Assembly: GCA_963845515.1 (NCBI GenBank)
Contig: CAWJSR010000040.1
Span: 1-64,000 of the forward strand
Source of the DNA: an uncultured delta proteobacterium
GTDB lineage: Bacteria > Myxococcota > Myxococcia > Myxococcales > Anaeromyxobacteraceae
Direction: 5' to 3'
DNA length: 64,000 nt
A program made the position numbers and the translations under genes. The notes beneath the pieces are model-generated. The model had not been told where the DNA came from. It did not search any database and saw nothing but the letters and a program-made list of their open reading frames with translations. Each line of letters begins with the position of its first letter. Position 1 is the first letter of the stretch. Below, one piece after another: positions 22,632 to 33,187 of this stretch.

Positions 22632-22741
22632 TTGCATTCCCGCTTGCGCGGGGGTATGTTCCGCGACCCTTGGCGTCTCGCCCGGTCTCACCCGAGGTCC
22701 GGCGGGAAGGTCTTGACAAGGGCCAAGCCATCCTCTAGAAG
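22632..22741 (+). promoter_or_regulatory. Two sigma70-type promoters upstream of rplM
   Basis: TTGCAT-17-TATGTT (22632-22660) and TTGACA-17-TAGAAG (22713-22741). Confidence 0.5.
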
Positions 22742-22782
22742 GCGCCTTTCCCAAACGCGGGAAACCGCAGGTTTTTTCATTC

Positions 22783-23229
22783 ATGAGCAAGAGCACGCAC
22801 AGCGCTACGGCCGCCGAGGCCCAGGACGCCCGCAGGTGGTGGATCGTCGACGCGACCGATCAGACGGTCGGCCGCATGGCGAGCCGCATCGCCACCGTCC
22901 TCAAGGGCAAGCACAAGCCGATGTACACGCCCTCGATGGACACGGGTGACTTCGTGGTGGTGGTGAACGCCGGCAAGGCGCGCTTCACCGGCAAGAAGGA
23001 GACCGACAAGGTCTACTTCACGCACACGATGTACCCGGGCGGCGAGAAGCTCACCCCGGTCAACAAGCTCCGCGAGAAGCACCCCGAGGACATCGTCCTC
23101 AATGCGATCCGCCGGATGCTCCCGCGCAGCACGCTGGGCCGCCAGATGATGACCAAGCTGAAGGTCTATGCATCCGACAAGCACCCGCACGCCGCCCAGA
23201 AGCCCGCGGCCCTGACCTTCGGCAAGTAA
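22783..23229 (+). CDS. rplM: 50S ribosomal protein L13
   Basis: Motifs WWIVDA, LKGKHKPMYTPSMDTGD and HPHAAQKP. Confidence 0.98.
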   Translation: MSKSTHSATAAEAQDARRWWIVDATDQTVGRMASRIATVLKGKHKPMYTPSMDTGDFVVVVNAGKARFTGKKETDKVYFTHTMYPGGEKLTPVNKLREKHPEDIVLNAIRRMLPRSTLGRQMMTKLKVYASDKHPHAAQKPAALTFGK

Positions 23230-23241
23230 GGAACGATCTCG

Positions 23242-23634
23242 ATGGCCACTCAGGCGAACATCACGGTCGGTCGCCGCAAGGAAGCGGTCGCCCGCGTGCG
23301 GCTCACTCCCGGCACCGGCAACATCACCGTCAACGGCCGCACGATGGACGAGTACTTCGGCCGCGAGACCTCGAAGATGATCCTGGTCGAGCCGCTCAAG
23401 CTCGTCGATCAGATGGGCAAGGTCGACGTCGCGGTGAACGCGGCCGGCGGAGGCCTCTCCGGCCAGGCCGGCGCGATCCGCCACGGCATCAGCCGGGCGC
23501 TCTGCGAGCTCAACCCGGAGTGGCGGTCGATCCTGAAGAAGGCCGGCTTCCTCACCCGCGACGCCCGCGCCGTCGAGCGCAAGAAGTACGGCCGTCCTGG
23601 CGCCCGCAAGCGGTTCCAGTTCAGCAAGCGCTAG
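23242..23634 (+). CDS. rpsI: 30S ribosomal protein S9
   Basis: Motifs [24 protein letters not shown] and RKRFQFSKR. Confidence 0.98.
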   Translation: MATQANITVGRRKEAVARVRLTPGTGNITVNGRTMDEYFGRETSKMILVEPLKLVDQMGKVDVAVNAAGGGLSGQAGAIRHGISRALCELNPEWRSILKKAGFLTRDARAVERKKYGRPGARKRFQFSKR

Positions 23635-23638
23635 GCAC

Positions 23639-23754
23639 GGCGCGCGATCCCGGCCGATCTCGGGCGGGCTCGTCGCTTTCGCTGCTCGGCGTACCTTAGT
23701 ACGCCTCCGCTGCGCGCTCCTCGCGCGCCCGACCTCGACTCGGGCTTGCGCGCC
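23639..23754. repeat. Long imperfect palindrome (REP/MITE-like)
   Basis: Outer arms GGCGCGCGA / TTGCGCGCC, inner arms TCGGGCG / CGCCCGA, apical GGCGTAC-ctta-GTACGCC. Confidence 0.6.
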
Positions 23755-23930
23755 TTACGGCCGGCCTCCCTCATCGGGGAGCGCCGGCCGTCTGTTCATG
23801 GGCGCGGAGCGCATCCGGATTCTCTCCCTCTCCCCAGTTCCGGCTGGGGTAGGGGTGAGGGGCGGCATCCGTGTCCCTAGGTCCCGGCATTTGAGCCCCG
23901 GGGATCGCGGTGTTACGCTCCCCGACAGGC

Positions 23931-25202
23931 ATGGAACTGAACGAGATCCTGCAGGTCGCGCTGAAGGCTGGGGCCAGCGACATTCACCTCAAGGCTGGCC
24001 TTCCCCCGATGTTCCGTGTCGACGGCTCCCTCGTCCCGCTCAAGGACGCGCGACGGCTGGCCCCCGAGGAGATCGGGCGGATGGCGCTGGGGATCATGAA
24101 CGACTTCCAGCGCGAGAAGTACAAGCAGACCAACGAGGTCGATCTCGCCTACGGCGTCCCGGGCCTCGGCCGCTTCCGCGTGAACGTCTTCCAGCAGCGC
24201 GGCACGCTGGGCGTGGTGCTGCGCGTGATCCCGTTCAAGATCATGAGCATCGACCAGCTCATGCTGCCGAAGGTCCTCGAGAAGGTCGCGGGTGAGCAGC
24301 GCGGCCTGGTGCTCGTCACCGGCACCACCGGCTCCGGCAAGTCCACGACGTTGGCGGCGATGGTCGATCACATCAACGCCAACGAGACCTGCCACATCAT
24401 GACCATCGAGGATCCGATCGAGTTCCTCATCCGCGACAAGCGGTCGATCGTGAACCAGCGCGAGGTCGGCGTCGACACGATGAGCTTCGGGCAGGCGCTG
24501 AAGAGCGCGCTGCGCCAGGATCCCGACGTCATCCTGGTGGGCGAGATGCGCGACCTCGAGACCATCGAGACCGCGCTCACCGCCGCCGAGACCGGCCACC
24601 TCGTGATGTCGACGCTCCACACGCTCGATGCCACCGAGACGATCAACCGGATCATCTCCGCGTTCCCGCCTTACCAGCAGAAGCAGGTCCGGCTGCAGCT
24701 CGGCACGGTCCTGAAGGCCGTCATCAGCCAGCGGCTCGTCCCGAAGGCCGACGGCAAGGGACGCGTCCCCGCCATCGAGGTGCTCCTCGCGACGAGCCGG
24801 GTGAAGGAGCTCATCGAGGACAAGGATCGCACCAAGGAGATCCCCGAGGCCATCTCGCAGGGGCACGTCTCCTACGGAATGCAGACCTTCGACCAGTCGC
24901 TGATGACGCTCCTGAAGCAGGGGCTCATCTCCTACGAGGAGGCGCTCCGGCAGGCGACCAACGCCGACGACTTCGCGCTGCGCGTGTCAGGCGTCTCGGG
25001 CACCAGCGACTCGAAGTGGGACTCCTTCGAGAAGCCGCCGGAGCCGCACGCTGCGGCGCGCCCGGCGCCGGCCGCGCCGCAGCGCCAGCAGGCCGGGCGC
25101 GTCGCGCCGCCGGCCCGACCGCCCGCCCCCGGGGCAGCCAGGCCGGCCGCAGGCGGTCAGAAGCCCGGCGACGACGACGACTTCCAGATCGAGCGGTTCT
25201 GA
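23931..25202 (+). CDS. pilT: PilT/PilU-family type IV pilus retraction ATPase
   Basis: Motifs ASDIHL, GTTGSGKST, TIEDPIE, ALRQDPDVILVGEMRD, TLHT and GMQTFDQSL. Confidence 0.93.
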   Translation: MELNEILQVALKAGASDIHLKAGLPPMFRVDGSLVPLKDARRLAPEEIGRMALGIMNDFQREKYKQTNEVDLAYGVPGLGRFRVNVFQQRGTLGVVLRVIPFKIMSIDQLMLPKVLEKVAGEQRGLVLVTGTTGSGKSTTLAAMVDHINANETCHIMTIEDPIEFLIRDKRSIVNQREVGVDTMSFGQALKSALRQDPDVILVGEMRDLETIETALTAAETGHLVMSTLHTLDATETINRIISAFPPYQQKQVRLQLGTVLKAVISQRLVPKADGKGRVPAIEVLLATSRVKELIEDKDRTKEIPEAISQGHVSYGMQTFDQSLMTLLKQGLISYEEALRQATNADDFALRVSGVSGTSDSKWDSFEKPPEPHAAARPAPAAPQRQQAGRVAPPARPPAPGAARPAAGGQKPGDDDDFQIERF

Positions 25203-25215
25203 CCCGATGCAGCCA

Positions 25216-25305
25216 CTCCCCTCTCCCTCAATGAGGGAGAGGGGCAGGGTGAGGGAGATGCCGCCCCCTCGCCCCTTCCCTCTCCCCCGGTGGGGGAGAG
25301 GGGTG
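25216..25305. repeat. Two BoxC/REP-like hairpin repeats
   Basis: CCCCTCTCCCTCA-a-TGAGGGAGAGGGG-CAGGGTGAGGG and CCCTCTCCCCC-ggt-GGGGGAGAGGG. Confidence 0.65.
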
Positions 25306-25323
25306 GTTCCCTGAGGGGGCAAC

Positions 25324-25833
25324 GTGCCCCGTGATTCCGACGAGACTCCCCGCGAGCGAGCCCAGGCCATGGCGCTCCGGGCACTCGCCCACCGTCCGCG
25401 CTCCGAGGCCGAGATCCGGGCGCGGCTCGTCCGCGCCGACCTCGCTGCCGAGGCGGACGACACGGTCGCCTGGCTCTCCCGGCTCGGCTACCTGGACGAC
25501 GCGGCCTTCGCCCGCGCCCGCGCGCGCGGCCTGGTGACGAGCGGCCGGGCGGGCCCCCGCCTGGCGGAGCGGCGGCTGCGCGCGGCCGGGATCCCGGAGG
25601 AGGCCGCGCGTCACGCGGTGCGCGCTGCCCTGGAGGATGCCGTGGGTGTCTCCGGAGGCGGCGCCGAGGTGGCCCTCTGCCGCGCGCTGGTCGAGCGCCG
25701 CACGAAGGGGGTGGCGCTCGACGCGCTCGACGCGCGCGCCCGCGCGCGGCTGGCACGCTGGCTCCTGGGGCGCGGCTTCGCCGGCCCCGTGGTCGCCCGC
25801 GTGGTCGGGACCTTCGACGACTCCGACGTGTGA
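25324..25833 (+). CDS. recX: RecX regulator
   Basis: Motifs ALRALAHRPRSEAEIRARL, LGYLDDAAFA and WLLGRGF. Confidence 0.88.
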   Translation: MPRDSDETPRERAQAMALRALAHRPRSEAEIRARLVRADLAAEADDTVAWLSRLGYLDDAAFARARARGLVTSGRAGPRLAERRLRAAGIPEEAARHAVRAALEDAVGVSGGGAEVALCRALVERRTKGVALDALDARARARLARWLLGRGFAGPVVARVVGTFDDSDV

Positions 25834-25873
25834 CGTGACCCTCCCCCCGGTTCCGGCTATCTTCCCTTCCCCT

Positions 25874-26650
25874 ATGCGTCGCATCCTCGTCGCCCTCGCG
25901 CTGCTACCCCTGCTGGCCTGCGGCTCGAGCCGCGTCTCCCTCACCGGCGAGATGCGCTACGGCGCGACCGCGGAGGAGAACTTCCAGGCGGGGCTGGACG
26001 AGGCGAAGGCCGAGCGCTGGGAGGAGGCGGCCAAGCTCTTCGAGTACGTCAAGACCAAGTACCCGTTCTCGAAGCAGGCCTCGCTCGCCGATCTCCAGCT
26101 CGCCGACCTCAAGTTCCGGCAGGAGCTCTTCGCCGAGGCGGCCGCGGCCTACCAGGCCTTCGGCCAGCTCCACCCGAACCACGAGCAGGCCGACTTCGCG
26201 CGCTTCCGGGTCGGACTCTCCCTCTTCAAGGACGCCCCCGGCGACTTCGCCCTCTTCCCGCCGCCGCACGAGAAGGACCAGCGGACGCTGCACGAGGCGG
26301 TGAAGGCGCTCGACGAGTTCATCGCCGCGTGGCCGAAGTCGAAGTACCTCCCCGAGGCGCAGAAGGTGCTCGCCGAGGCGCGCGGCCGGCTCGCCGAGCA
26401 CGAGTGGTACGCTGCCGGATTCTACGCGTCGCGCGGGAAGTGGCCGGGCTGCGCAGGGCGGCTCGAGACGCTCTTGGAGAAGTATCCGGGCTCCCCCCGC
26501 GAGGTGGAGGCCATGTTCATGCTCGCCGACGCCTACCAGAAGATGGGGGAGCGGTTCCGCGCGCAGCAGGCGCTGCAGAAGCTCGTGGCGACCCACCCCG
26601 ACGATCCGCGTCGCCCAGAGGCGGAGCGCCTCCTTGGGAACCTCCGGTAG
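25874..26650 (+). CDS. bamD: Outer membrane assembly lipoprotein BamD
   Basis: Lipobox LLAC, then KYPFSK, LHPNH, DQR, LAEHEWYAAGFY and TPR repeats. Confidence 0.88.
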   Translation: MRRILVALALLPLLACGSSRVSLTGEMRYGATAEENFQAGLDEAKAERWEEAAKLFEYVKTKYPFSKQASLADLQLADLKFRQELFAEAAAAYQAFGQLHPNHEQADFARFRVGLSLFKDAPGDFALFPPPHEKDQRTLHEAVKALDEFIAAWPKSKYLPEAQKVLAEARGRLAEHEWYAAGFYASRGKWPGCAGRLETLLEKYPGSPREVEAMFMLADAYQKMGERFRAQQALQKLVATHPDDPRRPEAERLLGNLR

Positions 26651-27359
26651 CGTCGACCGGCGCGCGCTCGCAGGGCTCGCCGCGGTCGCCGCCGCCGTGG
26701 CGTTCGCGGCGTGGCTCGCGAGCGGCGGCGCCGCGGTGTTCCGGGCCCGGCTGGAGAGTCCGGAGACCGGGATCCGCCGGGCGCTCGCGGCCGCCGGGGC
26801 GGAGGGCGGGGTCGCAGCGGGGGCCGGCATCCGGACCGAGCGGCTCCGGTACACCGACCTGCTCGTCACCGCCGCCGGGGCGAGGGCCGAGGTCGTCGCG
26901 GTGGCCGACGCCGAGGGTACGGTGGAGTGGCGCGGCCTCCCAGTTCGGCTCACCTACCTGGGGCGCGAGCGGTTCTCCGTGGTCCGCTGTCCGGGCGCAG
27001 GCTGGTGCACCGACGGGGCAAGGCTGCCGAGGCTCGCGTCGCTCATCGCGGTCGTCGCGAGGCGCGCCGATGCCCTCGCTGACGGCCAGTCCGACCTCTA
27101 CCAGGCCCTGGTCTCCGACGACTACAGCGGCCCCGAGGGCGGCAAGCTCGCGCTCCTGCGCCGCCTCGCGGCCGACCTGGGTGCGTCGCCGCGGGCGCGC
27201 TACGCCCCGCTCGCCTGGCAGGTCCGGATCGAGCGCGACACGGCCCAGGTGGGCGAAGACTACGAGATCGGGGTCGGGGATGGGCCGAGGCGTCGGCTGC
27301 GTGCACGGCTCGACCTGCGAGAGCAGGGGGGACGTTGGGTGATCACCGGCGGGCTCTAG
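26634..27359 (+). CDS. Hypothetical membrane-anchored protein (NTF2-like C-terminus possible)
   Basis: N-terminal TM segment; ends [16 protein letters not shown]. Confidence 0.55.
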   Translation: MGTSGSVDRRALAGLAAVAAAVAFAAWLASGGAAVFRARLESPETGIRRALAAAGAEGGVAAGAGIRTERLRYTDLLVTAAGARAEVVAVADAEGTVEWRGLPVRLTYLGRERFSVVRCPGAGWCTDGARLPRLASLIAVVARRADALADGQSDLYQALVSDDYSGPEGGKLALLRRLAADLGASPRARYAPLAWQVRIERDTAQVGEDYEIGVGDGPRRRLRARLDLREQGGRWVITGGL

Positions 27360-27444
27360 GCGGGGCGTTGGGGCGCCAGAGAGTCGCCGCGGCACACCCC
27401 AAGGAGTCGGTGTAGACTCGTTCGCGACACCGGAGGATGCCTAC

Positions 27445-28152
27445 ATGGACGACACCCTGAAAGAGGCGCTCGCGCTCGGGCGCAGCTACTTCAACAAGAA
27501 AGAGTTCGGGCCGGCCGAGCAGTACCTCACGGCGGTCGTCGAGCAGAACCAGTCCTTCGCCGACGTCTACAACATGCTCGGGGTCATCTACCACGGGCAG
27601 GGACAGTACCAGAAGGCGCAGCGCGCCTTCGAGGCAGCGCTCCGCATCAACCCCAACTACACCGACGCGGCGCTGAACCTCGCCGTCACCTACAACGACA
27701 CGGGGAAGTACAGCGAGGCGCAGGAGGCCTACCGGCACGCGCTCGATCGCTCAGGGGCCTCCGCCGGCAAGCTCGACCGGTTCGTGCAGGGGAAGCTGGC
27801 CAACATGTACGCCGAGATCGCGGCCGTCTACCTGTCGTCCGGCCTCTACAAGGAGGCGATCGTCGAGTACCGGAAGGCGCTCGAGCTGGGGCCTGGGTTC
27901 GTCGACATCCGGGCGCAGCTCGCCGGCGCGCTCCGCGACTCCGGTGAGCGTGAGGCCGGCATCCACGAGTACGAGGCGTGCGTGAAGGCGTCGCCGAACT
28001 ACGTGCCGGCGCGGCTCAACCTGGGGCTCTCCTACTACGCCGCCGGGCGCAAGGACGAGGCGGTGAAGCAGTGGGAGGCCGTGCTCAGCATCTCGCCCGG
28101 CAACCGGAACGCCGAGATGTACATGAAGCTCACGGGCACCGGCGCGGCGTAG
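27445..28152 (+). CDS. TPR protein
   Basis: Multiple TPRs ([29 protein letters not shown]). Confidence 0.85.
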   Translation: MDDTLKEALALGRSYFNKKEFGPAEQYLTAVVEQNQSFADVYNMLGVIYHGQGQYQKAQRAFEAALRINPNYTDAALNLAVTYNDTGKYSEAQEAYRHALDRSGASAGKLDRFVQGKLANMYAEIAAVYLSSGLYKEAIVEYRKALELGPGFVDIRAQLAGALRDSGEREAGIHEYEACVKASPNYVPARLNLGLSYYAAGRKDEAVKQWEAVLSISPGNRNAEMYMKLTGTGAA

Positions 28153-28164
28153 CGAGGACGGATC

Positions 28165-29067
28165 GTGACGGCCCCCGAGCACGGCTTCGCGCTCCTCTTC
28201 GTGAGCGGGCGCTTCCAGGGGACGGTCTTCGCCCTCCCCGGCGAGGGGAAGCTGCTCGTCGGGCGCGAGAGCGACGCCGAGCTCGTCCTCTCCGAGGATC
28301 TCGTCTCCCGGCGGCACGCCGAGTTCATCGTCCAGGACGGCGAGGTGACCCTGAAGGACCTCGGGTCCACCAACGGCAGCTTCGTCAACGGCCAGCGGAT
28401 CAAGAAGCTGCGGCTCTCCGTCGGCGACCGGGTGCTCATCGGGACCTCGCTCATGAAGCTCGTCCCCGCGCCCGCGGGCGCGCAGGCGACGCCCCCCGTC
28501 ATCGCCACGCGGACCCGCTCGCAGGCGGCCATGCAGGGGAAGCTCGAGGAGGTGCCGCTCCCCGACCTCGTCCAGATGGTCACCAGCGCGCGCAAGTCGG
28601 GCGTGCTCGTGCTCAAGCGAGAGGAGGAGGAGGCCCGGATCGACCTGCGCGAGGGGCGGCTCGCCGCCTGCCGGATCTCCTCGGCCCCGGCGGTCACCGA
28701 CAAGAAGGCCTTCTGGCGCCTGCTCGCGTGGGAGCGCGGCTCGTTCGAGCTGGTGCCCCCCGCGGAGCCGCTCCCGCCGGCGACCGCGGACGAGGACGTC
28801 CAGCCGCTGCTCATGGAGGGGATCCGCCAGCTCGACGAGTGGCGCGAGCAGTCCTCGCGCCTGCCGCGGCTGGAGGTGAAGGTCGAGCTGGTGGTCCCGC
28901 TCGAGGCGAAGCTGAGGGATCTCGCCCCGGAGGAGCTGGACGTGCTCCAGGCCGTCCTGCCCGGCGGGACGATACAGTCGATCCTGGACTGCGCGCCGGA
29001 GCCCGACGTCGACCTGGCGAGGACGATCGGGAAGCTGATCGAGGGCGGGTACGTGAGGGTGGGGTAG
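28165..29067 (+). CDS. FHA + DUF4388 (PATAN-like) domain protein
   Basis: FHA motifs VGR...VSRRHA...DLGSTNGSFVNG. DUF4388 motifs MQGKLEEVPLPDLVQ, WERGSF and LLMEGIRQLDE. Confidence 0.85.
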   Translation: MTAPEHGFALLFVSGRFQGTVFALPGEGKLLVGRESDAELVLSEDLVSRRHAEFIVQDGEVTLKDLGSTNGSFVNGQRIKKLRLSVGDRVLIGTSLMKLVPAPAGAQATPPVIATRTRSQAAMQGKLEEVPLPDLVQMVTSARKSGVLVLKREEEEARIDLREGRLAACRISSAPAVTDKKAFWRLLAWERGSFELVPPAEPLPPATADEDVQPLLMEGIRQLDEWREQSSRLPRLEVKVELVVPLEAKLRDLAPEELDVLQAVLPGGTIQSILDCAPEPDVDLARTIGKLIEGGYVRVG

Positions 29068-29107
29068 GGGCGCAGGGTTGCGCCCCCCGTCCGCGTCCGG
29101 TACAGCG

Positions 29108-30165
29108 ATGAGCATGGAAGGGAAGGTCACGCCGCGGCTCACCACGTTGAGCCACGGCGCTGGTTGAGCCTGCAAGATCCGCCCGGCGGACCTGGCGCAC
29201 GTGCTGCGCCACCTGAAGCCCACGGTGGATCCCCGAGCGCTCGTCGGCACCGAGACGAGCGACGACGCCGCGGTGTATCGACTGAGCGACACCGAGGCGA
29301 TCGTCGAGACGGTGGACTTCTTCACGCCCGTCGTGGACGACCCCTACTGGTTCGGCCGGATCGCCGCCGCCAACGCCTTCTCGGACGTCTGGGCTATGGG
29401 GGGCCGGCCCCTCTTCGCGCTCAACCTGGTCGCCTGGCCCGTCGCGACGCTCCCCATGGACCAGCTCGGCGAGGTGCTGCGAGGCGGAGCCGACACCGCG
29501 GCGCTCGCTGGAGCGTCCATCCTCGGCGGCCACTCCATCGACGACCCCGAGCCCAAGTACGGTCTCGCCGTCACGGGGCTCGTCCACCCCGACCGGATCC
29601 TGCGCAACGTAGGGGCGAGGCCGGGGACAGGCTCCTCCTCACGAAGCCGCTCGGCACCGGCGTCGCGACCACCGCCATCAAGCGGGGCGTCGCGCCGCTC
29701 GAGCTCGTCGAGCGGGTGGTCGCGCTGATGGCCACGCTCAACCGCGTCGCGGGGGAGATCTTCGCCGCGAGCGGGAGCGTCCACGCCCTCACCGACGTCA
29801 CCGGCTTCGGGCTCCTGGGCCACGCCTGGGAGATGGCCTCGGGCTCCCGCGTGTCCTTCCGCCTTCGGGCCGGCGCGGTCCCAATCGTCGAGGGGGTCCG
29901 CCCGCTCGCCGAGCAGGGGATCTTCCCGGGCGGCTCGAAGGCCAACTTCGCCTGGGTGAAGCCAAACGTCCGCTTCGCCGACGGCGTCGACGAGACGACC
30001 CGGCTGCTCTTCGCCGACGCCCAGACGAACGGCGGCCTCCTCGCGGCGGTCGACCCCGCCGCCGCAGCCGGGCTACTCTCGGCGCTGAACGGCGCGGGCG
30101 TCGGCGCCGTCGAGATCGGCGAGGTGCTCCCCGGCGACCCCGCCACCATCGAGGTGTTCGAATGA
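29108..30165 (+). CDS. selD: Selenide, water dikinase; selenoprotein (UGA 29165-29167); frameshift near 29625
   Basis: [64 protein letters not shown] and DAQTNGGLL. Confidence 0.93.
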
Positions 30166-30917
30166 CCCCGGCGCTCCCGGCCATCGTCGCGCTCCTCGCG
30201 CTCCTCCCCGGCGCGACGCCGACGTTCGTCGCGGTGGTCGACCCCGGCCACGGCGGGGAGCAGGACGGCGCCTACTCGCCAACCGGCGATCGCGAGAAGG
30301 ATCTCGTGCTCGAGATCTCCCGGAAGATCGCGGCGCGGCTGCGCAAGCTCGGGGCGCGCGTGGTCCTCACGCGGACCGGCGACATCGACGTCCCGCTGGT
30401 CAACCGCGCCACGATCGCCAACGCGCTGCGGGCCGACATCTTCGTCTCGGTCCACCTCAACTCGATGCCCACCGCCGAGCAGCGGCGCGTCCGGCGCGGG
30501 ATCGAGACCTACTTCCTCTCGGCCGACGCGACCGACGCCTCCGCGGCGGCGGTGGCCGCGCGGGAGAACGCCGCCCGTATGGCCGGGGAGGCGCTCGCCG
30601 ACAGCGGGGATCCGGTCGGCTTCATCCTCCAGGACCTGGAGTCGGCGGCGGCGCTGACCGAGTCGTCGCGGCTCGCCTACTTCCTCCACGAGCGGCTCGT
30701 CCAGGGTACCGGCGCCGAGGACGACGGCGTGAAGCAGGCCCCGTTCTACGTGCTCGCCGGCGCGAGGATGCCCGCGGTCCTGCTGGAGCTCGGCTTCCTC
30801 AGCCACGACGCGGAGTCGGTGAGGCTCAAGAACCCCGAGTACCAGGATCGCATCGCGGCAGCGGTGGCCGACGGGATCTCCGCCTGGCGCGCGGCCGACC
30901 GGCACGCGATGAGATGA
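30162..30917 (+). CDS. N-acetylmuramoyl-L-alanine amidase (Amidase_3)
   Basis: Motifs [20 protein letters not shown] and [11 protein letters not shown]. Confidence 0.92.
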   Translation: MTPALPAIVALLALLPGATPTFVAVVDPGHGGEQDGAYSPTGDREKDLVLEISRKIAARLRKLGARVVLTRTGDIDVPLVNRATIANALRADIFVSVHLNSMPTAEQRRVRRGIETYFLSADATDASAAAVAARENAARMAGEALADSGDPVGFILQDLESAAALTESSRLAYFLHERLVQGTGAEDDGVKQAPFYVLAGARMPAVLLELGFLSHDAESVRLKNPEYQDRIAAAVADGISAWRAADRHAMR

Positions 30918-30949
30918 CGGCCGCCCGTCCCCGTGCTACTCCCGCCGCC

Positions 30950-31663
30950 ATGCGAAAGAGCGGACGCGGTGAGCGGGACCTCCGGAAGATCGTCCTCGAG
31001 CCTGGCTTCAGCAGGCACGCCGAGGGGAGCTGCCTCGCGCGCTTCGGCGACACGCACGTGCTCTGCACGGCCTCGGTGGACGAGAAGGTGCCGCCGCACG
31101 TGAAGGGGACGGGCGCAGGCTGGGTGACGGCGGAGTACGGGATGCTCCCGCGCTCCACCCACGAGCGGATGGCCCGCGAGGCCGCGAAGGGGAAGCAGGG
31201 CGGCCGGACGCTGGAGATCCAGCGGCTCATCGGCCGGGCGCTGCGCCAGGCCATCGACCTTCCGGCGCTCGGGCCGCGGACCATCACGCTCGACTGCGAC
31301 GTCCTTCAGGCCGACGGTGGCACCCGCACCGCCGCCGTGACGGGGAGCTTCGTCGCGCTGTCGCTCGCCACCCGCAAGCTGGTCGCCACCAAGGTGATCG
31401 CCCGGGACCCGATCCGGAGGAGCGTCGCGGCGGTCAGCGTCGGGATCGTCGACGGCGTGATCTGCCTGGACCTGGACTACGACGAGGACTCGACCGCAGA
31501 GGTGGACATGAACGTGGTCGCGACCGGCGAGGGGACGCTGGTCGAGGTGCAGGGGACCGCCGAGGGGAAGCCCTTCCACAAGACCGACCTCGACAAGATG
31601 CTGACCGTGGCGCTCGCTGGCATCGGGAAGCTCAAGCTCGCGCAGGACCACGCGCTCAAGTAG
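30950..31663 (+). CDS. rph: Ribonuclease PH
   Basis: Motifs [33 protein letters not shown] and VEVQGTAE. Confidence 0.97.
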   Translation: MRKSGRGERDLRKIVLEPGFSRHAEGSCLARFGDTHVLCTASVDEKVPPHVKGTGAGWVTAEYGMLPRSTHERMAREAAKGKQGGRTLEIQRLIGRALRQAIDLPALGPRTITLDCDVLQADGGTRTAAVTGSFVALSLATRKLVATKVIARDPIRRSVAAVSVGIVDGVICLDLDYDEDSTAEVDMNVVATGEGTLVEVQGTAEGKPFHKTDLDKMLTVALAGIGKLKLAQDHALK

Positions 31664-31671
31664 GGGCCGGC

Positions 31672-32340
31672 ATGGAGCTCCTCTTCGGCACCACCAACCC
31701 GGGAAAGCTGCGCGAGCTGCGCAGGCTCGTCGCCGGCCTCCCCGTCAGCGTCCTCTCGCCCGACGACCTGGGGAGCCCGCTCCCGGAGATCGAGGAGGAC
31801 GGCGCCACGTTCGAGGAGAACGCGGTGAAGAAGGCCGTGGAGTGGGCGCGCTTCGCCGGCCTGCACGCGGTCGCCGACGACTCGGGGCTCTGCGTGGACG
31901 GGCTCGGCGCCGCGCCTGGAGTGCGCAGCGCCCGATGGTCCGAGGAGATCCGGCCCGGACCGCTGCCGCGGGACGCGCGCGACGAGGCCAACAACGAGCT
32001 CCTGCTCTCGCGCCTCGCCGGCAGGCGGGAGGAGGAGCGGGGCGCCGAGTACAGGGCCGTGCTGGCGCTCGCCGCGCCGGACGGAGGCGTCGTCGCCGTG
32101 GTTCGCGGCGTCTGCCGCGGCAGGATCGGTGTCGCGCGGCGCGGGGCCGGTGGCTTCGGCTACGACCCGCTCTTCCTTCCGGACGCCCAGCCAGCGCCTG
32201 GTGCCGGCGCCGCCTCGCGTCCCCCGCTCACCATGGCGGAGCTGACGGCCGAGGAGAAGGACGCCATCTCGCACCGCGGCGCGGCCTTTCGGGCGCTGCT
32301 CCCCTACCTCGAGAAGCTCGCGCCGAGCGTCAGCCCTTGA
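31672..32340 (+). CDS. rdgB: dITP/XTP pyrophosphatase (Ham1 family)
   Basis: Motifs TTNPGKLRE, DDSGL, PGVRSAR, GFGYDPLF and ISHRG. Confidence 0.95.
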   Translation: MELLFGTTNPGKLRELRRLVAGLPVSVLSPDDLGSPLPEIEEDGATFEENAVKKAVEWARFAGLHAVADDSGLCVDGLGAAPGVRSARWSEEIRPGPLPRDARDEANNELLLSRLAGRREEERGAEYRAVLALAAPDGGVVAVVRGVCRGRIGVARRGAGGFGYDPLFLPDAQPAPGAGAASRPPLTMAELTAEEKDAISHRGAAFRALLPYLEKLAPSVSP

Positions 32341-32410
32341 CGAACCATTGGCGAGAGACTAAAGACGGGCGTTCCTTCGGGGCGGGTTGGCCTTCGGTGG
32401 GGTGGAGTTC

Positions 32411-32484
32411 CGGGGCGTAGCGCAGCCTGGTAGCGCGCCTGCCTTGGGCGCAGGAGGTCGCCGGTCCGAATCCGGCCGCCCCGA
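32411..32484 (+). tRNA. tRNA-Pro(UGG)
   Basis: Cloverleaf; anticodon arm CCTGC-CTTGGGC-GCAGG. Confidence 0.93.
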
Positions 32485-32552
32485 TTCGCTTCTTTGAAAT
32501 GATGGGATGGCAGGGGCCCGGACGTCGGGCAGCCGCTTCGGGTCTGGAGGTT

Positions 32553-32626
32553 GCGCCCGTAGCTCAGTTGGACAGAGCAGCGGCCTTCTAAGCCGCGGGT
32601 CGGGGGTTCGACTCCCTCCGGGCGCG
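32553..32626 (+). tRNA. tRNA-Arg(UCU)
   Basis: Anticodon arm GCGGC-CTTCTAA-GCCGC; GTTCGA T-loop. Confidence 0.95.
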
Positions 32627-32647
32627 CAAGTTGGTTTTCTCGTTTAC

Positions 32648-32724
32648 GGTGGGCGTAGCTCAATTGGTAGAGCACTGGACTGTGGATCCGGGGGTTAAGG
32701 GTTCAAACCCCTTCGCTCACCCCA
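32648..32724 (+). tRNA. tRNA-His(GUG)
   Basis: G-1 present, anticodon loop CTGTGGA, encoded CCA. Confidence 0.95.
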
Positions 32725-32751
32725 AATTTGCTGGTCGTAGTCGTGATTCAG

Positions 32752-32825
<74 letters not shown>

Positions 32826-32858
32826 CTCTCAAGGGTGCCGAGAGGTGTGGACTCGGCG

Positions 32859-32887
32859 TTGACAAGTCGAAAGGGGCGCAGTAGATA
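32859..32887 (+). promoter_or_regulatory. Sigma70-type promoter for tRNA-Lys
   Basis: TTGACA-17-TAGATA. Confidence 0.5.
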
Positions 32888-32919
32888 CGGCGCCCCTCAG
32901 CCATCCCAAGTGTAGAACT

Positions 32920-32992
32920 GGGCGCGTAGCTCAACTGGCAGAGCAATGGACTCTTAATCCATAGGTTGAAGGTTCGATTCCTTCCGCGCTCA
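32920..32992 (+). tRNA. tRNA-Lys(CUU)
   Basis: Anticodon arm ATGGA-CTCTTAA-TCCAT. Confidence 0.95.
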
Positions 32993-33187
32993 CATCGTAG
33001 AACCGCAGCATCCGAGGCCTCTCTGGACACCCCAGGGAGGCCTTCTTCGTAGGGGAGGGGAGAGGGGCCCGAAGCTCCTTGCGGCGCCGCCGCGGGCCGT
33101 CCGCGGGGCTGCACGGCGTCGTCCGCGCAGCGGGAGCCCACGCGCCTTGCGTGGCCCCCGCGGACTCCGTATAACCATGACCGGAGC

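Noticed and set aside
29165..29167. Premature stop making selD a pseudogene
   Set aside because: The position matches the known Sec/Cys catalytic residue.
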